A stretch of DNA of 64,000 nt. Origin: Ostreococcus lucimarinus (Eukaryota). The notes beneath the pieces were generated by a model. The model ran no database searches. It saw only the letters and a program-made list of their open reading frames with translations, and had not been told where the DNA came from. The translations under genes and the position numbers were made by a program. The stretch is taken from the NCBI GenBank assembly GCA_000092065.1, contig CP000589.1. One strand, given 5' to 3'. This document shows positions 10,023-19,866 of this stretch, one piece after another; the stretch's first letter is position 1; the number at the start of each line of letters is the position of its first letter.

Positions 10023-11651
10023 ATGAACGGACAAGGCGCGAAATTCGGACGATTTGTCTCGATCGGACGCGTCGGGGAGCCGAAACCGGCGCAATTGCCG
10101 AGCGAACGGCGCGAAGGCGGCGACGAGGACCGAAGCGCGAGACCGACGCCGGGACGGGACGAAGGACGGTGGCGAGACGAGAATGAATCGATCGATCCGC
10201 GGCGTCGGGAATCGGGAGACGGAGGCGCGCGACGATATGACGATGGGTACGGGCGAGAGCGAGGGTACGGCGATCGGGATCGAGGGTTCGGGTCGGCGTC
10301 GTTCGACGGCGGCGCGAGGCGGAGTCGGGACGACGACGGCGGTTACGGAGGGAGTTGGAGGTCGGCGGATCGGCGGATGAGCGGGGAACGCGCTGGAAGG
10401 GATTATGGAAGCGGTGGTTGGCAAGACAGGGATGATCACCGCGGATTCGGGAGACAGGCGCGGGAGAGTCCCGATCGCGAAAAGAGTTGGCGGCGGCGAG
10501 AAGAACCGGCGACGGCGACGGCGACGAGACCGGTTGCGACGGCGCCCGTCGTTCGAAGGAGCCTGGACGTGAATCATAACGCGGAGGGTGCTTTAGATAA
10601 GCTACACATTCCGCACGGCGCGCACGAATGGGGACAAGAAGACGACGATTTTGACGATTTGGCGCCTCCAGCTTGGTTGCTGCAGGACGAACGCGGCGCA
10701 AGCGGAGGCGACGACAGGCGAGCGCAACATCGCGTGCCTGAGCCGCGTCAGAGCTCCAGATCGCCACCTACGTCTCGTGTGAAAGCGCTCGTGAGGCCAA
10801 AGGGAGATGGTGGGCACTTCAACAGCGCGAAACTTCCGGACCATTTGAAAAATTTGAAGCGCGAACCCGGCGAAGAGAAGAAGCTGTGGACGCCTCCGGA
10901 ACCGGTCGGAGGCGCGGTTAAAAAGCGTCCAGAAAAGGTACACAGTACGCCTCCTAAGGCTGTACCTAAAGTCACGCCTAGGAGCGTACCAGAACCTAAG
11001 ACTCGCAGAAGCATGGACATCAGTCCCGTATCGCGAACGCCGCCTCAACCGCGCAAATCGAGCGCGTCCAAAAGGCAGCCTTCGCCTTCGGCGCCGCATT
11101 TACCGCCGCCTCATCCTTTACAACAAACACCACCACCGGCTCCACCTGGGGCTCCCCCACCGGGCGCTTCTAGAGCGCCGCCTCCGGTTCCTCCCGGCGT
11201 GCCGCCGCCGGCGACCCGGGCGCCCCCGTTGCCGCCGACTCCGCCGCCCCCGTTGCCGCCAGGCGCGCCGCCGGCGAGGCCTCCACTGCCGGCCGGTCCG
11301 CCACCAGCGATGCCACCGCTTGATGCGGCTTTGAAAGCCAAGTTAGCTGTCTCTGAAAAGTCTGCGCCCGCTAAAGCGGCGAAGAAAAAGAAAAAGAAGA
11401 GCAACATCTCCAGAACCGCGTCGTCGTCAGAGAATTTAGAGGACGCCGCGGAGAACAAGACACCGCCGCCGAAAGCGAAGATTGTCAAGGGTAAGTCGAA
11501 GGGCAAGAATTCAAAAAGTTCTTCGCACGACAATCTCGCCGCTGCGGCGAAGAAAGATGGCGGTTCTCCACCGAAACCGAACCTTTTACCAAAGGCAAAG
11601 GACAGCCCGGTGGGGAACGCGTCAAGAGCGGAGTCAAAAATCAGCATCTGA
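10023..11651 (+). CDS. Low-complexity protein. It has an N-terminal RD/RG/RE-rich region, a central polyproline tract (PPPAPPGAPPPGA...PPLPPTPPPPLPPGAPPARPPLP, FH1/WH2-like) and a Lys-rich tail.
   Basis: A 542-aa ORF with coherent composition. A TGTATAAAC lies shortly after its stop. Function unknown. Confidence 0.4.
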   Translation: MNGQGAKFGRFVSIGRVGEPKPAQLPSERREGGDEDRSARPTPGRDEGRWRDENESIDPRRRESGDGGARRYDDGYGRERGYGDRDRGFGSASFDGGARRSRDDDGGYGGSWRSADRRMSGERAGRDYGSGGWQDRDDHRGFGRQARESPDREKSWRRREEPATATATRPVATAPVVRRSLDVNHNAEGALDKLHIPHGAHEWGQEDDDFDDLAPPAWLLQDERGASGGDDRRAQHRVPEPRQSSRSPPTSRVKALVRPKGDGGHFNSAKLPDHLKNLKREPGEEKKLWTPPEPVGGAVKKRPEKVHSTPPKAVPKVTPRSVPEPKTRRSMDISPVSRTPPQPRKSSASKRQPSPSAPHLPPPHPLQQTPPPAPPGAPPPGASRAPPPVPPGVPPPATRAPPLPPTPPPPLPPGAPPARPPLPAGPPPAMPPLDAALKAKLAVSEKSAPAKAAKKKKKKSNISRTASSSENLEDAAENKTPPPKAKIVKGKSKGKNSKSSSHDNLAAAAKKDGGSPPKPNLLPKAKDSPVGNASRAESKISI

Positions 11652-11745
11652 TGCCGTCATGTATAAACATACCACTCTACACACGACACAGTTATTTCTA
11701 TAATCAAGATTTACCATTAGCTACAACTACACTACCTACATTTAC

Positions 11746-12474
11746 CTACGAATACGGCGTCGTGACGCCGAAGATGCTCTCGAGAGATGTCGCGGCTGTC
11801 GCGGAGCTAACCCCCGAGGTATCGACCACATCGAAACACTCCACTACCGCCTGATCGCTCGAAACCCTACAGGGTTTCGTTCCACACTTACACGAGCAGC
11901 AGCTATCGGCGCTCGCGTAAAAATGCTCCGCCGGCACCACCGCGAGCGCCGCGCTCAGCGGCGCTCGCCAATACAGCTTCGCCGAAAACGTCCCGCTCGC
12001 GCCGTTGTACGTGATCGCCTCGATCTCCACGTCTACATTCGCTTCCAAATATTTCCAACCCGTAATATTCCCCCCGCTCTCACTGCTCGCGACGACTCCA
12101 CCGTTGACGCGCAGCGCACCGCCGGCGTTCGCTTCCAGCGCGAACAGGTGCGCGCCGGTGACGTTCGCGCGCAGGCGTCCTCGAAAGCGCGCCAGCGCGT
12201 TCGCATCGACGGTTTGCCCGCTCGCCAGCGGCAGGCTCGAGACATCGATCGACGTAACGTTGGCCGTGTGCGCGGGCGCCGCGCCGCGCACGTCCGGCAC
12301 GCGCGTCGGCGCGACGGGATACGTGAAGACGTCCAGCCTCAGGCCGCGGGCATCGACCGGGACACTCGAAGAAACGGTCGACGTGTTCGCGATGTCGATC
12401 GCGGCCGCGGCGAAACGGACGCGCGCGACGACGAGGGCGATGAGGAAAAGCCGGGCCCGCGCGCGGAGGGACAT
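11746..12474 (-). CDS. Secreted (signal-peptide) protein with a PA14/GLEYA-like beta-sandwich domain.
   Basis: N-terminal hydrophobic leader MSLRARARLFLIALVVARV. RFRGRLRANVTGAHLFALEANAGGALRVNGGVVASSESGG...KLYWRAP...VVPAEHFY matches the PA14 pattern. Confidence 0.45.
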   Translation of the reverse strand: MSLRARARLFLIALVVARVRFAAAAIDIANTSTVSSSVPVDARGLRLDVFTYPVAPTRVPDVRGAAPAHTANVTSIDVSSLPLASGQTVDANALARFRGRLRANVTGAHLFALEANAGGALRVNGGVVASSESGGNITGWKYLEANVDVEIEAITYNGASGTFSAKLYWRAPLSAALAVVPAEHFYASADSCCSCKCGTKPCRVSSDQAVVECFDVVDTSGVSSATAATSLESIFGVTTPYS

Positions 12475-12579
12475 CGAGGACGGTGCGCCGAGGAGTGGGG
12501 CGAGGAGAGGCGCGAACGGGACAAACAGTTACTTTGGTTTGACGGTCGACGCGTGTTATTAATGCGTCGTGCGTCGTCG

Positions 12580-15500
12580 CTAGATGCGATAACGGCCTTG
12601 TGGTTGACCTGCGGCGCCGGGAAGGGCTTGCTTAGCGATGGCGGTCTCGATGATGTTCTTGACGTAGTTCTTTCCTTCCTTGACCACGCGCTCGGTGGGG
12701 CCTTCGATGAGGAGGTAGAGCTTGCGATCGCCGGGGGCGAGCGGACGCCCGGGGGCGGCGTATTGCCCTTTTGCCGTGACTGCGGCGCCGGTATGCTCCA
12801 TGATTTGCACTAACGTGTCTTTGTGAGTGACCTTGTAGCGCGCGAATTGTGGGAAGTCGTTGATCTCGAGCTCAGTCTCGAAGTGCGAGCCTGACTGCGT
12901 CGGCCCTCTGGACGTTTTTGCGTGCTGCGCGTTGAGCGCTGCGGCGAGGGCGGCGGCTTTAGCGGCACCCGCCGATGCGCCGTGCGCAAGCGCGTAGCTC
13001 TGAGCCAATGCGATCGCTTTCGTATTTTGCGCGCCTGCAGCTTGTTTTTGCGGCTGCTTCATTTTTGCAAAAACGGATTGCGCCGCAGCTTGCGCGATCT
13101 GCGCGGGCGTCAAGCCACCCTTGGCGACGAGCGCTCCTGGCGTGTGCGCAGCCTCCGCCGCCGCCGCCGCCGCCGCCGCCGCTGCTGCGGCCGCTTGTGC
13201 TGGTGCTTGAGCAGCTGCAGCTGCTTGCGCCGCGGATGCTTGCGCTGCGGCTTGACCGGACGGACCCACAGAGGCGTAGATTGGTCCTTCGTCTTCCGCA
13301 TTGCCATCGCCGAAGACTGGCTCTTCGTCACTATCGCTCTCACCATCGTCTACATCCAGGCCAGCCGCTCGAGCGGCGTCACGCTTCTGTTTGCGCAAGA
13401 GGTCTTGCTCTTCTTGGTTGAATTTGAATCCAGAACCACCGAAGCCAGAACCAGCGGCACCGACGAGACCCTCCTTGCGCTTACGAGTAAACTCATCCGC
13501 CATTGCTTGCACATCCTGCGGGACGTTTTGCTTCGACTCTTTAAGCGCCTTGACTAAGTCGGGTGCGAACTTTTCTTCGTCTTCTGAAATAAACGTTACT
13601 GCGGTCCCTTTCTGGCCGGCGCGTCCAGTACGTCCAACTCTGTGCACGTAATCCTCCAAGTGGTTAGGCGTGTCGTAGTTGATGACGAGCCTCAAATCCT
13701 TGACATCCAACCCGCGAGCGGCGACGGAGGTGGCGACGAGGATGTTACAGACGTCTGATTTGAAGTCTGAAATCGTACTTTGTCGGTCGCTTTGTTCTTT
13801 ACCGCCATGTAAGCTCAAACACGGATAACCGCTCTTGAGCAATTCCTTAAACGTCGAGTCCGCCTTGTCCTGGCTCGCGACGAAGATTATAATCTTGCCG
13901 CGCTCGTACCATTCGCCGAGTAATTCTAAGACTCGTAAAAATCGATCTTCTTCGGGACGAAGTTCCACAAGCTGCTCTATATCGGAGTTCACCACGGACT
14001 TTCCACCGATTTGGATCTCGATCGGGTTGTCCAGCGCGGCACGCGCCAACGCCTCCATCGTGTGCGGAAACGTGGCGCTAAACATCACCGTCTGGCGATC
14101 CGGACGAAGATTGGCCAGGATGCGAGTAATTTGTGGTTCAAAGCCCATATCGAACATACGGTCTGCCTCATCGAGCACCATGTAAGTTACTCTACGCAAG
14201 TTTGTAATTTTTCCCGAACCTGTCGTCAGCAAGTCAATCATGCGACCGGGCGTGCACGCGACGATTTCCGCGCCGCGTTTCAAATCGCCAATCTGCGCCG
14301 CTATACCCGAGCCACCGTACACGGACACGGCCGAAAACCCCATGGCTTTTCCGTAACGCTTGCAATCTTTACCAATCTGCGTCACCAACTCTCTCGTAGG
14401 TCCCATGATCATACCAATAGGTCCGTCGCCGGAGGCGAGGGGCTCCTGCGCGTTGATGTGGCGCAACATCGGTAAAATGTACGCTAAAGTCTTCCCGCTA
14501 CCGGTTTTCGCGACCCCGATGCAATCGCGTCCGGACATGATCACGGGAAGCGCTTGTGCCTGAATAGGCATCGGCTTTTCGAATCCAGACCGGCGAATCA
14601 GCTCATGCACGCGATTGTTCAAGCCCGCCTGCGCCCACGTCTTGATGGGTTTCGGCACCTTTTTACCTCGACACTTGATTCCGTCCAACTCCACACGAAG
14701 CTGCTTCACCTCCGCCTTGGTCATCGACGCTATTTCCTTCGCTTCGATGTAAAAGTTTTTCTTCACCGGTTCGTAATCGATCTCGTCGTGATTCACCGTC
14801 CCGAGACGTTCAGTCTTGCTCAATTTCGCGGTTTGCTTCTTTGCCCACGCTTCGTCGTCGTCGTCGTCGTCATCTACCTCAGTTTTTGCTTCGACCGCGT
14901 CTTCCGACAGAACATCCGTAGTTTTAGCTTCATCTCTTTCGGCTTCGTCTTCGGACGACTCGCCTCCGCTTGAGTCGAAGACCTCGTTCATGACTTGCGC
15001 GCGTTTGGACGTTCTTCTATTCTTCTTCACCGGCACATAATTCACCGCCGCGGTCGGGATCACTGGACGCAAAACCTCGACGACAGACTTTTTCACCCCC
15101 AAAACCAACGGTTTCGACGTCGACGCGCCGTCCGCGGAGGTGCCTCGCGCGCCAATCTTCCCCGCCGCCGCCGCCTTTTTCGCCGCCGCCGCGAACACGC
15201 TCATCAACGCGTCTTCCTCCGAAACCTCCATCGGCGTCGCTTCAGCCTTCGCCTTTGCCTCTAACTTGGCCGCTTCCTTTTCCTCGGCCTCGCGCTTAGC
15301 GCGCTCTTTCGCCTTTTCTCGCTCCTGGTCCATCGCGTCGTCGTTCGCCGCCATGAAAGCGTCGAGCGGGTCGTCGTCTTCATCCGTCGTCTCCCCCTTA
15401 CTCCTGGACCCACTCCTCCCGCGTCGTTTCGCACCCCCCGCGACCGTCGTTTTCGCCTTTTTACCCCTCTTCCCATCGTCCTCGTCCGCGTCCGCGTCCG

Positions 15501-15807
15501 CGTCCGCATCACCGAGCGTCAATTCCGGCGGCGGCTTCGACTTCGCCGAATTCGACCCGTCGCCGTCCTCCTCCTCCTCCGCCTCGAACAATCCTCGCAC
15601 CGCGCTCGGCCTCGCGCTCGGTCTTCGCGCCGTCAGCGCGAACGACGCCGAGCGCTCCGACGCCTCTCGTCCGCCCCCCGCGCGCTCGTTCGCCCACGCG
15701 CGCGCTTTCGCGTGCCGCCGCGCCTTGACGTCCGCGTCGTCATCGTCCTCTCGCTCCCCGTTCTCCGCGCGTCGGCGCTTCGTCGCGCGCGGTGGCATCG
15801 AACGCAC
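12580..15807 (-). CDS. DDX46: DEAD-box ATP-dependent RNA helicase, DDX46/Prp5 orthologue (spliceosomal).
   Basis: All DEAD-box motifs are present (AKTGSGKT, PTRELV, DEADRM, SAT, HRVGRTGRAG). The family-specific C-terminus is also present (GSGFGGSGFKFNQEEQ ... ELEINDFPQFARYKVTHKDTL...LYLLIEGPTE...GRYRI). An acidic/Lys-rich N-terminal region has a poly-Ala/Gln tract. Confidence 0.9.
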   Translation of the reverse strand: MRSMPPRATKRRRAENGEREDDDDADVKARRHAKARAWANERAGGGREASERSASFALTARRPSARPSAVRGLFEAEEEEDGDGSNSAKSKPPPELTLGDADADADADEDDGKRGKKAKTTVAGGAKRRGRSGSRSKGETTDEDDDPLDAFMAANDDAMDQEREKAKERAKREAEEKEAAKLEAKAKAEATPMEVSEEDALMSVFAAAAKKAAAAGKIGARGTSADGASTSKPLVLGVKKSVVEVLRPVIPTAAVNYVPVKKNRRTSKRAQVMNEVFDSSGGESSEDEAERDEAKTTDVLSEDAVEAKTEVDDDDDDDEAWAKKQTAKLSKTERLGTVNHDEIDYEPVKKNFYIEAKEIASMTKAEVKQLRVELDGIKCRGKKVPKPIKTWAQAGLNNRVHELIRRSGFEKPMPIQAQALPVIMSGRDCIGVAKTGSGKTLAYILPMLRHINAQEPLASGDGPIGMIMGPTRELVTQIGKDCKRYGKAMGFSAVSVYGGSGIAAQIGDLKRGAEIVACTPGRMIDLLTTGSGKITNLRRVTYMVLDEADRMFDMGFEPQITRILANLRPDRQTVMFSATFPHTMEALARAALDNPIEIQIGGKSVVNSDIEQLVELRPEEDRFLRVLELLGEWYERGKIIIFVASQDKADSTFKELLKSGYPCLSLHGGKEQSDRQSTISDFKSDVCNILVATSVAARGLDVKDLRLVINYDTPNHLEDYVHRVGRTGRAGQKGTAVTFISEDEEKFAPDLVKALKESKQNVPQDVQAMADEFTRKRKEGLVGAAGSGFGGSGFKFNQEEQDLLRKQKRDAARAAGLDVDDGESDSDEEPVFGDGNAEDEGPIYASVGPSGQAAAQASAAQAAAAAQAPAQAAAAAAAAAAAAAEAAHTPGALVAKGGLTPAQIAQAAAQSVFAKMKQPQKQAAGAQNTKAIALAQSYALAHGASAGAAKAAALAAALNAQHAKTSRGPTQSGSHFETELEINDFPQFARYKVTHKDTLVQIMEHTGAAVTAKGQYAAPGRPLAPGDRKLYLLIEGPTERVVKEGKNYVKNIIETAIAKQALPGAAGQPQGRYRI

Positions 15808-16124
15808 CCTCGTCGAGCGTTCACCGCGCGCGCTCGACGCGTGGGCGTCCGCGCGCGCGCGCGTCGTCGCGAAATGTCGATCGAGTCGGTTGGGTTTCGC
15901 AATCGCGACGCCGCACTTCGAGACGCCGCGCGCGCTTCCGACGCGTTTCGGACCGCGCGAGCGCGAGGCGGGAGGCGCGGGGCGCGTCGACGCGCGCGCC
16001 GCGCGTCGACGAGCGCGCGCGACGCGCGAGGGCGCGCGCGCGGTCGATAATCTGAGATTTCGAGCGCGCGACGCCTCGAAACGACGTCGACGCCTCGAAA
16101 CGACGACGCGCGCGCTCGAGAGAG

Positions 16125-17192
16125 ATGTTCTCCAGGTTCGGCGTCGGTCAGGCGCGGTTCAACGCGAGCTATCGCGCGTACCCGGTGAGCTTCATCGATC
16201 GCCCGCAGTTGGAGCTCGGGGACAAGGTGATCTTGCCGCCGAGCGCGCTCGAGAGGCTGACGCGGATGCAAATCGATGATTACCCGATGCTGTTCGAGGT
16301 GACGAACGCGAAGGAGGGGAAATCGACGCACTGCGGTGTGCTGGAATTCGTCGCGGACGAGGGGGTGGTGTACTTGCCGTATTGGATGATGCAAAACTTG
16401 TTGCTGGGCGAGGGAGACATCGTAAAGTTTTCGTACTCGACGCTGCCGAAGGGGACGTACGTGAAGTTGCAGCCGCAGACGCAGGACTTTTTGGATATAT
16501 CGAATCCGAAGGCGGTGTTGGAAACGACGCTGCGGCAGTACACGTGCTTGACGGTGGGAGATACGTTTGTGATTCATTACAATAACAAGCAGTATCACAT
16601 CGACGTCATCGAGGCGAAACCGGGGGACGCCATCGGAGTCGTGGACACGGATTGCGAGGTTGATTTCGCACCGCCGCTGGATTACGTCGATCCTTACGGA
16701 CCAGACACGACGAAGTTTGAGGATACGAATTCTGGGGCGATAAATGCGCCGAAGACGGCCGACAAGGCAGACGCGGGAGCGTCTGGCGACGCGGCGACAA
16801 ACGGCGAAACGCTCGCGGCGCCGCAACCGGTGGTGAATACTTTTCTCGCGTTCGCGGGTGGTGGGCATCGATTAGACGGTAAAGCGATCTCAGAAATCGC
16901 CCCGAAAGAGGTGGAGATTCCGACGTCTTCGCTCAACGTCACCAAGGAATGGCAGCAGCTTCGTCAAGGAGGTGTTTTGGGAGGAGAAACTAGCAAGGAA
17001 CCAGAAAAACCCGCCCCGGACGCCGACATCGACCGCAAGCGCAGCGGCAAGGTGGTGTTTGGTGGCGCGCGCGCGGCGGCGATCGCTCGCAAGAAAGAGA
17101 AAGCCGCGGTTGCGAAAAAAGACGATTCCTCGAAAGACAAACCGACGTCGACGTTCCAAGCGTTCCAAGGAAGCGGGAACAAGTTACGATGA
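16125..17192 (+). CDS. UFD1: Ubiquitin fusion degradation protein 1 (Cdc48/p97 cofactor).
   Basis: The N-domain is near-identical in pattern to UFD1: YRAYPVSFIDRPQLELGDKVILPPSALERLTRMQIDDYPMLFEVTN...THCGVLEFVADEGVVYLPYWMMQNLLLGEGD...QPQTQDFLDISNPKAVLE. Confidence 0.93.
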   Translation: MFSRFGVGQARFNASYRAYPVSFIDRPQLELGDKVILPPSALERLTRMQIDDYPMLFEVTNAKEGKSTHCGVLEFVADEGVVYLPYWMMQNLLLGEGDIVKFSYSTLPKGTYVKLQPQTQDFLDISNPKAVLETTLRQYTCLTVGDTFVIHYNNKQYHIDVIEAKPGDAIGVVDTDCEVDFAPPLDYVDPYGPDTTKFEDTNSGAINAPKTADKADAGASGDAATNGETLAAPQPVVNTFLAFAGGGHRLDGKAISEIAPKEVEIPTSSLNVTKEWQQLRQGGVLGGETSKEPEKPAPDADIDRKRSGKVVFGGARAAAIARKKEKAAVAKKDDSSKDKPTSTFQAFQGSGNKLR

Positions 17193-17283
17193 CACGATTG
17201 ATTGATGTGTACACACTGAATTGAAAATGAAAATAGCAAGCAGCCTACGGTTATTATACGATGCGATGATTTCGCGTTTTCGT

Positions 17284-17955
17284 TCAAACGAGCAACTGTT
17301 TTTTCACGTAGGCTCGAATCGCTCGACGCTTCTCCACAGCCTTGAGCGTCCACATATCCGCCACCACGTCCTCATCAACCATGCGATCGACGATTTCCTC
17401 CGCCCGCAGTAAATCATTCGACGCGCTGCAGCAATTCAACAGCACGTTATACGTGACGCTCGTCAGCGCGATGTCATGCTTTTCCCGCGCGCCGTTGACG
17501 AGTTGCATCGCTCGTCCCCAACCCGGCGGATCCATATTCAGATACCCTTTCGCCAACTCCGCCACCGCCACCTCATCCGGCGCGCACACTTCCTTTTCAA
17601 ATATCTCATCGTACACTTTTTGCGCCAATTCCATGTTTTTCCCGTTCACGCACGCCGATATGCACGCCGTCGCCGCGAACGCGTCCGGAGTCACCCCCTC
17701 CCGTCCCAGTCCGACGAGCAGATCCACCGCCGTCGCCGCCGCGCCTCGCTTCGCGCACTCCCTCAGCTTCGTCGTCGTGTCTTTCAGTATTCTCATCTCC
17801 TCGCTCGACGCCATCGCGCGCGTCGCGCGCATCGCGCGCGTCGTCGTCATCGGGACGCGCCGCCGCCGGGACGCGTCGGCGCCGAAAGACGCGCGAAGGA
17901 GCGCGCGCGAGCGCGCGAGCGACGCCGTGGACGCCATCGGAGCGTCGGAACTCAC
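17284..17955 (-). CDS. Small pentatricopeptide-repeat (PPR) protein with an organelle-type presequence.
   Basis: Degenerate 35-aa PPR-like repeats (GVTPDAFAATACISACVNGKNMELAQKVYDEI; TSVTYNVLLNCCSASNDLLRAEEIVDRMV) follow an Arg/Ser/Ala/Thr-rich N-terminus. Confidence 0.55.
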   Translation of the reverse strand: MSSDAPMASTASLARSRALLRASFGADASRRRRVPMTTTRAMRATRAMASSEEMRILKDTTTKLRECAKRGAAATAVDLLVGLGREGVTPDAFAATACISACVNGKNMELAQKVYDEIFEKEVCAPDEVAVAELAKGYLNMDPPGWGRAMQLVNGAREKHDIALTSVTYNVLLNCCSASNDLLRAEEIVDRMVDEDVVADMWTLKAVEKRRAIRAYVKKQLLV

Positions 17956-18122
17956 CGCGCGCGCGTTCGTGCGTCTCGCGAGGTCGTCGTCGCGACGCGG
18001 TGTGTCGGCGTCGCTCGCGAATCACATTCGCGAGGCGAAAACGCCCGCGCGAGGCGAACCACGACCACTGACTGACTGACTGCGCGACGTTACATTACAC
18101 TACGCGTAAAACAGCGAACGAG

Positions 18123-18716
18123 CTACGGCGCGACGCCGGAAAACAACGCCGCGAGCCCGATCGTGAGCGCGGTGCCGACGAGGACGGGATTATCTCCGGA
18201 CCAAAACTTGGGCGCGCGCCGCGCCGCGCGCGCGACGTCTTCGAGCGTCTCGACGCGGCGCGCCGCCGCCGGCGCGTCGTCTCGCAATAAATACCTCGTC
18301 TCCGGATCGATCTTCGTCAGCCACTGGGCGTAGAACCATTTTTCTAATCCCTTGCCGTCGCTCCGAGCGAGGTCGTCGAGGTAGGCGCGGAGTTCGCCCG
18401 ATTTTTTATTCTTCGCCAGCCGGACGCGCGCGCTCGGGACCAAAACGAGCCACCAGTACGCCGTCATCGCGCCGATCGCGCCGAGGACGACGAGCTCGTC
18501 GCGAAGCAGCGCGGGATCGATCGGCGTCGGGACGTACGCCGCCGCGATCGGGTCGACGGCGGAGATCGCGCGCGGGGCGGCGTCGGCGACGTCGGCCTCG
18601 AACGCGCGACGCGACGTCGACGCGCGCGGCGGCGGCGACGACGCGCGACAGGGCGCGCGACAGGGCGCGCGCGCGGCGTGGAGGACGGCGGTGGTGGTGG
18701 CGGTGACGGCGCGCAT
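18123..18716 (-). CDS. Hypothetical organelle-targeted protein with two predicted transmembrane helices.
   Basis: An Ala/Arg/Ser-rich leader. Hydrophobic segments LVVLGAIGAMTAYWWLVLVP and VLVGTALTIGLAALFSGV. No domain recognised. Confidence 0.35.
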   Translation of the reverse strand: MRAVTATTTAVLHAARAPCRAPCRASSPPPRASTSRRAFEADVADAAPRAISAVDPIAAAYVPTPIDPALLRDELVVLGAIGAMTAYWWLVLVPSARVRLAKNKKSGELRAYLDDLARSDGKGLEKWFYAQWLTKIDPETRYLLRDDAPAAARRVETLEDVARAARRAPKFWSGDNPVLVGTALTIGLAALFSGVAP

Positions 18717-18842
18717 GCGGCGACGCGAGAGAGACGCGACGACGCGAGAGAGGCGCGGCGCGGTGTCGCGACAAGATGACGCGGTCGGTCGGACGTGGAT
18801 TTCGCGGCGTCGAGGCGGCGGGCGGCTACAGGGCTGGGTGGG

Positions 18843-19778
18843 TTACAACGAATCGTGGAGATCTTTCGCGGCTCGGCACGCGTCGATGTACTCTTGTTCG
18901 GTCATTTGTTCTTTGCGGGATTCGATGACGTTGAACATGGTTTCAAGACTCTTTCTTTGCTTGACTTTTTTGTCGTGCCTCTTGGCGAAGGCAATCGTCT
19001 CGGCGTCGCCGCTCTTTTCAGCCGACGCCAGTGTTTCGTCGTCCCAAGGACAGCCATTCTCGACCAAGTGTTTCAACACGCGGACAACGCCCTTTCTTGC
19101 TACGTTCCAAGTGGCTGTCTCACTCCAACCGCAACCGCACTCTCTGAGGAAATCGATACACTGTATTACCTCGCCCGGCTGTCCCCTCGCGGCATTGGCG
19201 CACACCGCACCTATGAACGCGCTTCCTCGCTCAACAATCATATTTTTCGCGTCGTCTTCTCGTTTCCTCTTCCTTCGTTTCGTCTGCTCTTGGTAGGCCT
19301 CGATGAGGAGCGTGATTCTCGTCACACTTGTATTCTGACACGCGGTATGCACGGCGTCGTAGTCCACTTCCAGACCGAGTTCCAACGCGTACTTGAAGCA
19401 CTGCATCTGCGTCGGCACATCCGTGGCTTCGCGCAATAGGTTCGGATGCAGAGCGCAGCCATTCTCCACGGCGTACTTCAGACACCGAATGTGCCCTCTG
19501 CGAGTCGCCAGAAGCGTCGTAAAGTCACAAAACGCGCCGGTACCGAAAGACAGCGTCTGCCCGCGTGGCCACGCGGCGGCGTCCGGCCACGACTCGCGCA
19601 ATATGCACGCACACGTCTCTGGATCGCCCGTGACATGCGCGCGATATTCGGTTGTTGGCATCCGTGCCGTTTCACGCCCGTACCGACGCCGCGCGGAGTC
19701 GTCGGTGCGGCGATGAGTGACGACGATAAGACCTCGGTTTAGCGAAATCGGCGAAACCGGGCACTGGGAACCTGGCAC
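18843..19778 (-). CDS. Ankyrin-repeat protein of the ENGCPW-motif subfamily.
   Basis: Repeats such as GHIRCLKYAVENGCALHPNL and VLKHLVENGCPWDDETLASAEKSGDAETIAFAK. The gene has markedly lower GC than its neighbours. Confidence 0.5.
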   Translation of the reverse strand: MPGSQCPVSPISLNRGLIVVTHRRTDDSARRRYGRETARMPTTEYRAHVTGDPETCACILRESWPDAAAWPRGQTLSFGTGAFCDFTTLLATRRGHIRCLKYAVENGCALHPNLLREATDVPTQMQCFKYALELGLEVDYDAVHTACQNTSVTRITLLIEAYQEQTKRRKRKREDDAKNMIVERGSAFIGAVCANAARGQPGEVIQCIDFLRECGCGWSETATWNVARKGVVRVLKHLVENGCPWDDETLASAEKSGDAETIAFAKRHDKKVKQRKSLETMFNVIESRKEQMTEQEYIDACRAAKDLHDSL

Positions 19779-19866
19779 TGGTTTTTCTTTGGTTCTCTAA
19801 GCACTCGCATGGGAAAACGTACTACGGATTCTAATGAACGATACCTTAAGGCTGGTGATCGCGCGA

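Noticed and set aside
17221-17412. 63-aa plus-strand ORF and an 8-bp inverted repeat (AGCCTACG...CGTAGGCT) around the PPR gene stop.
   Set aside because: The ORF lies in the convergent 3' UTR region and partly antisense to the PPR gene. The inverted repeat is short and could be chance; it is noted only as a possible terminator-proximal hairpin.
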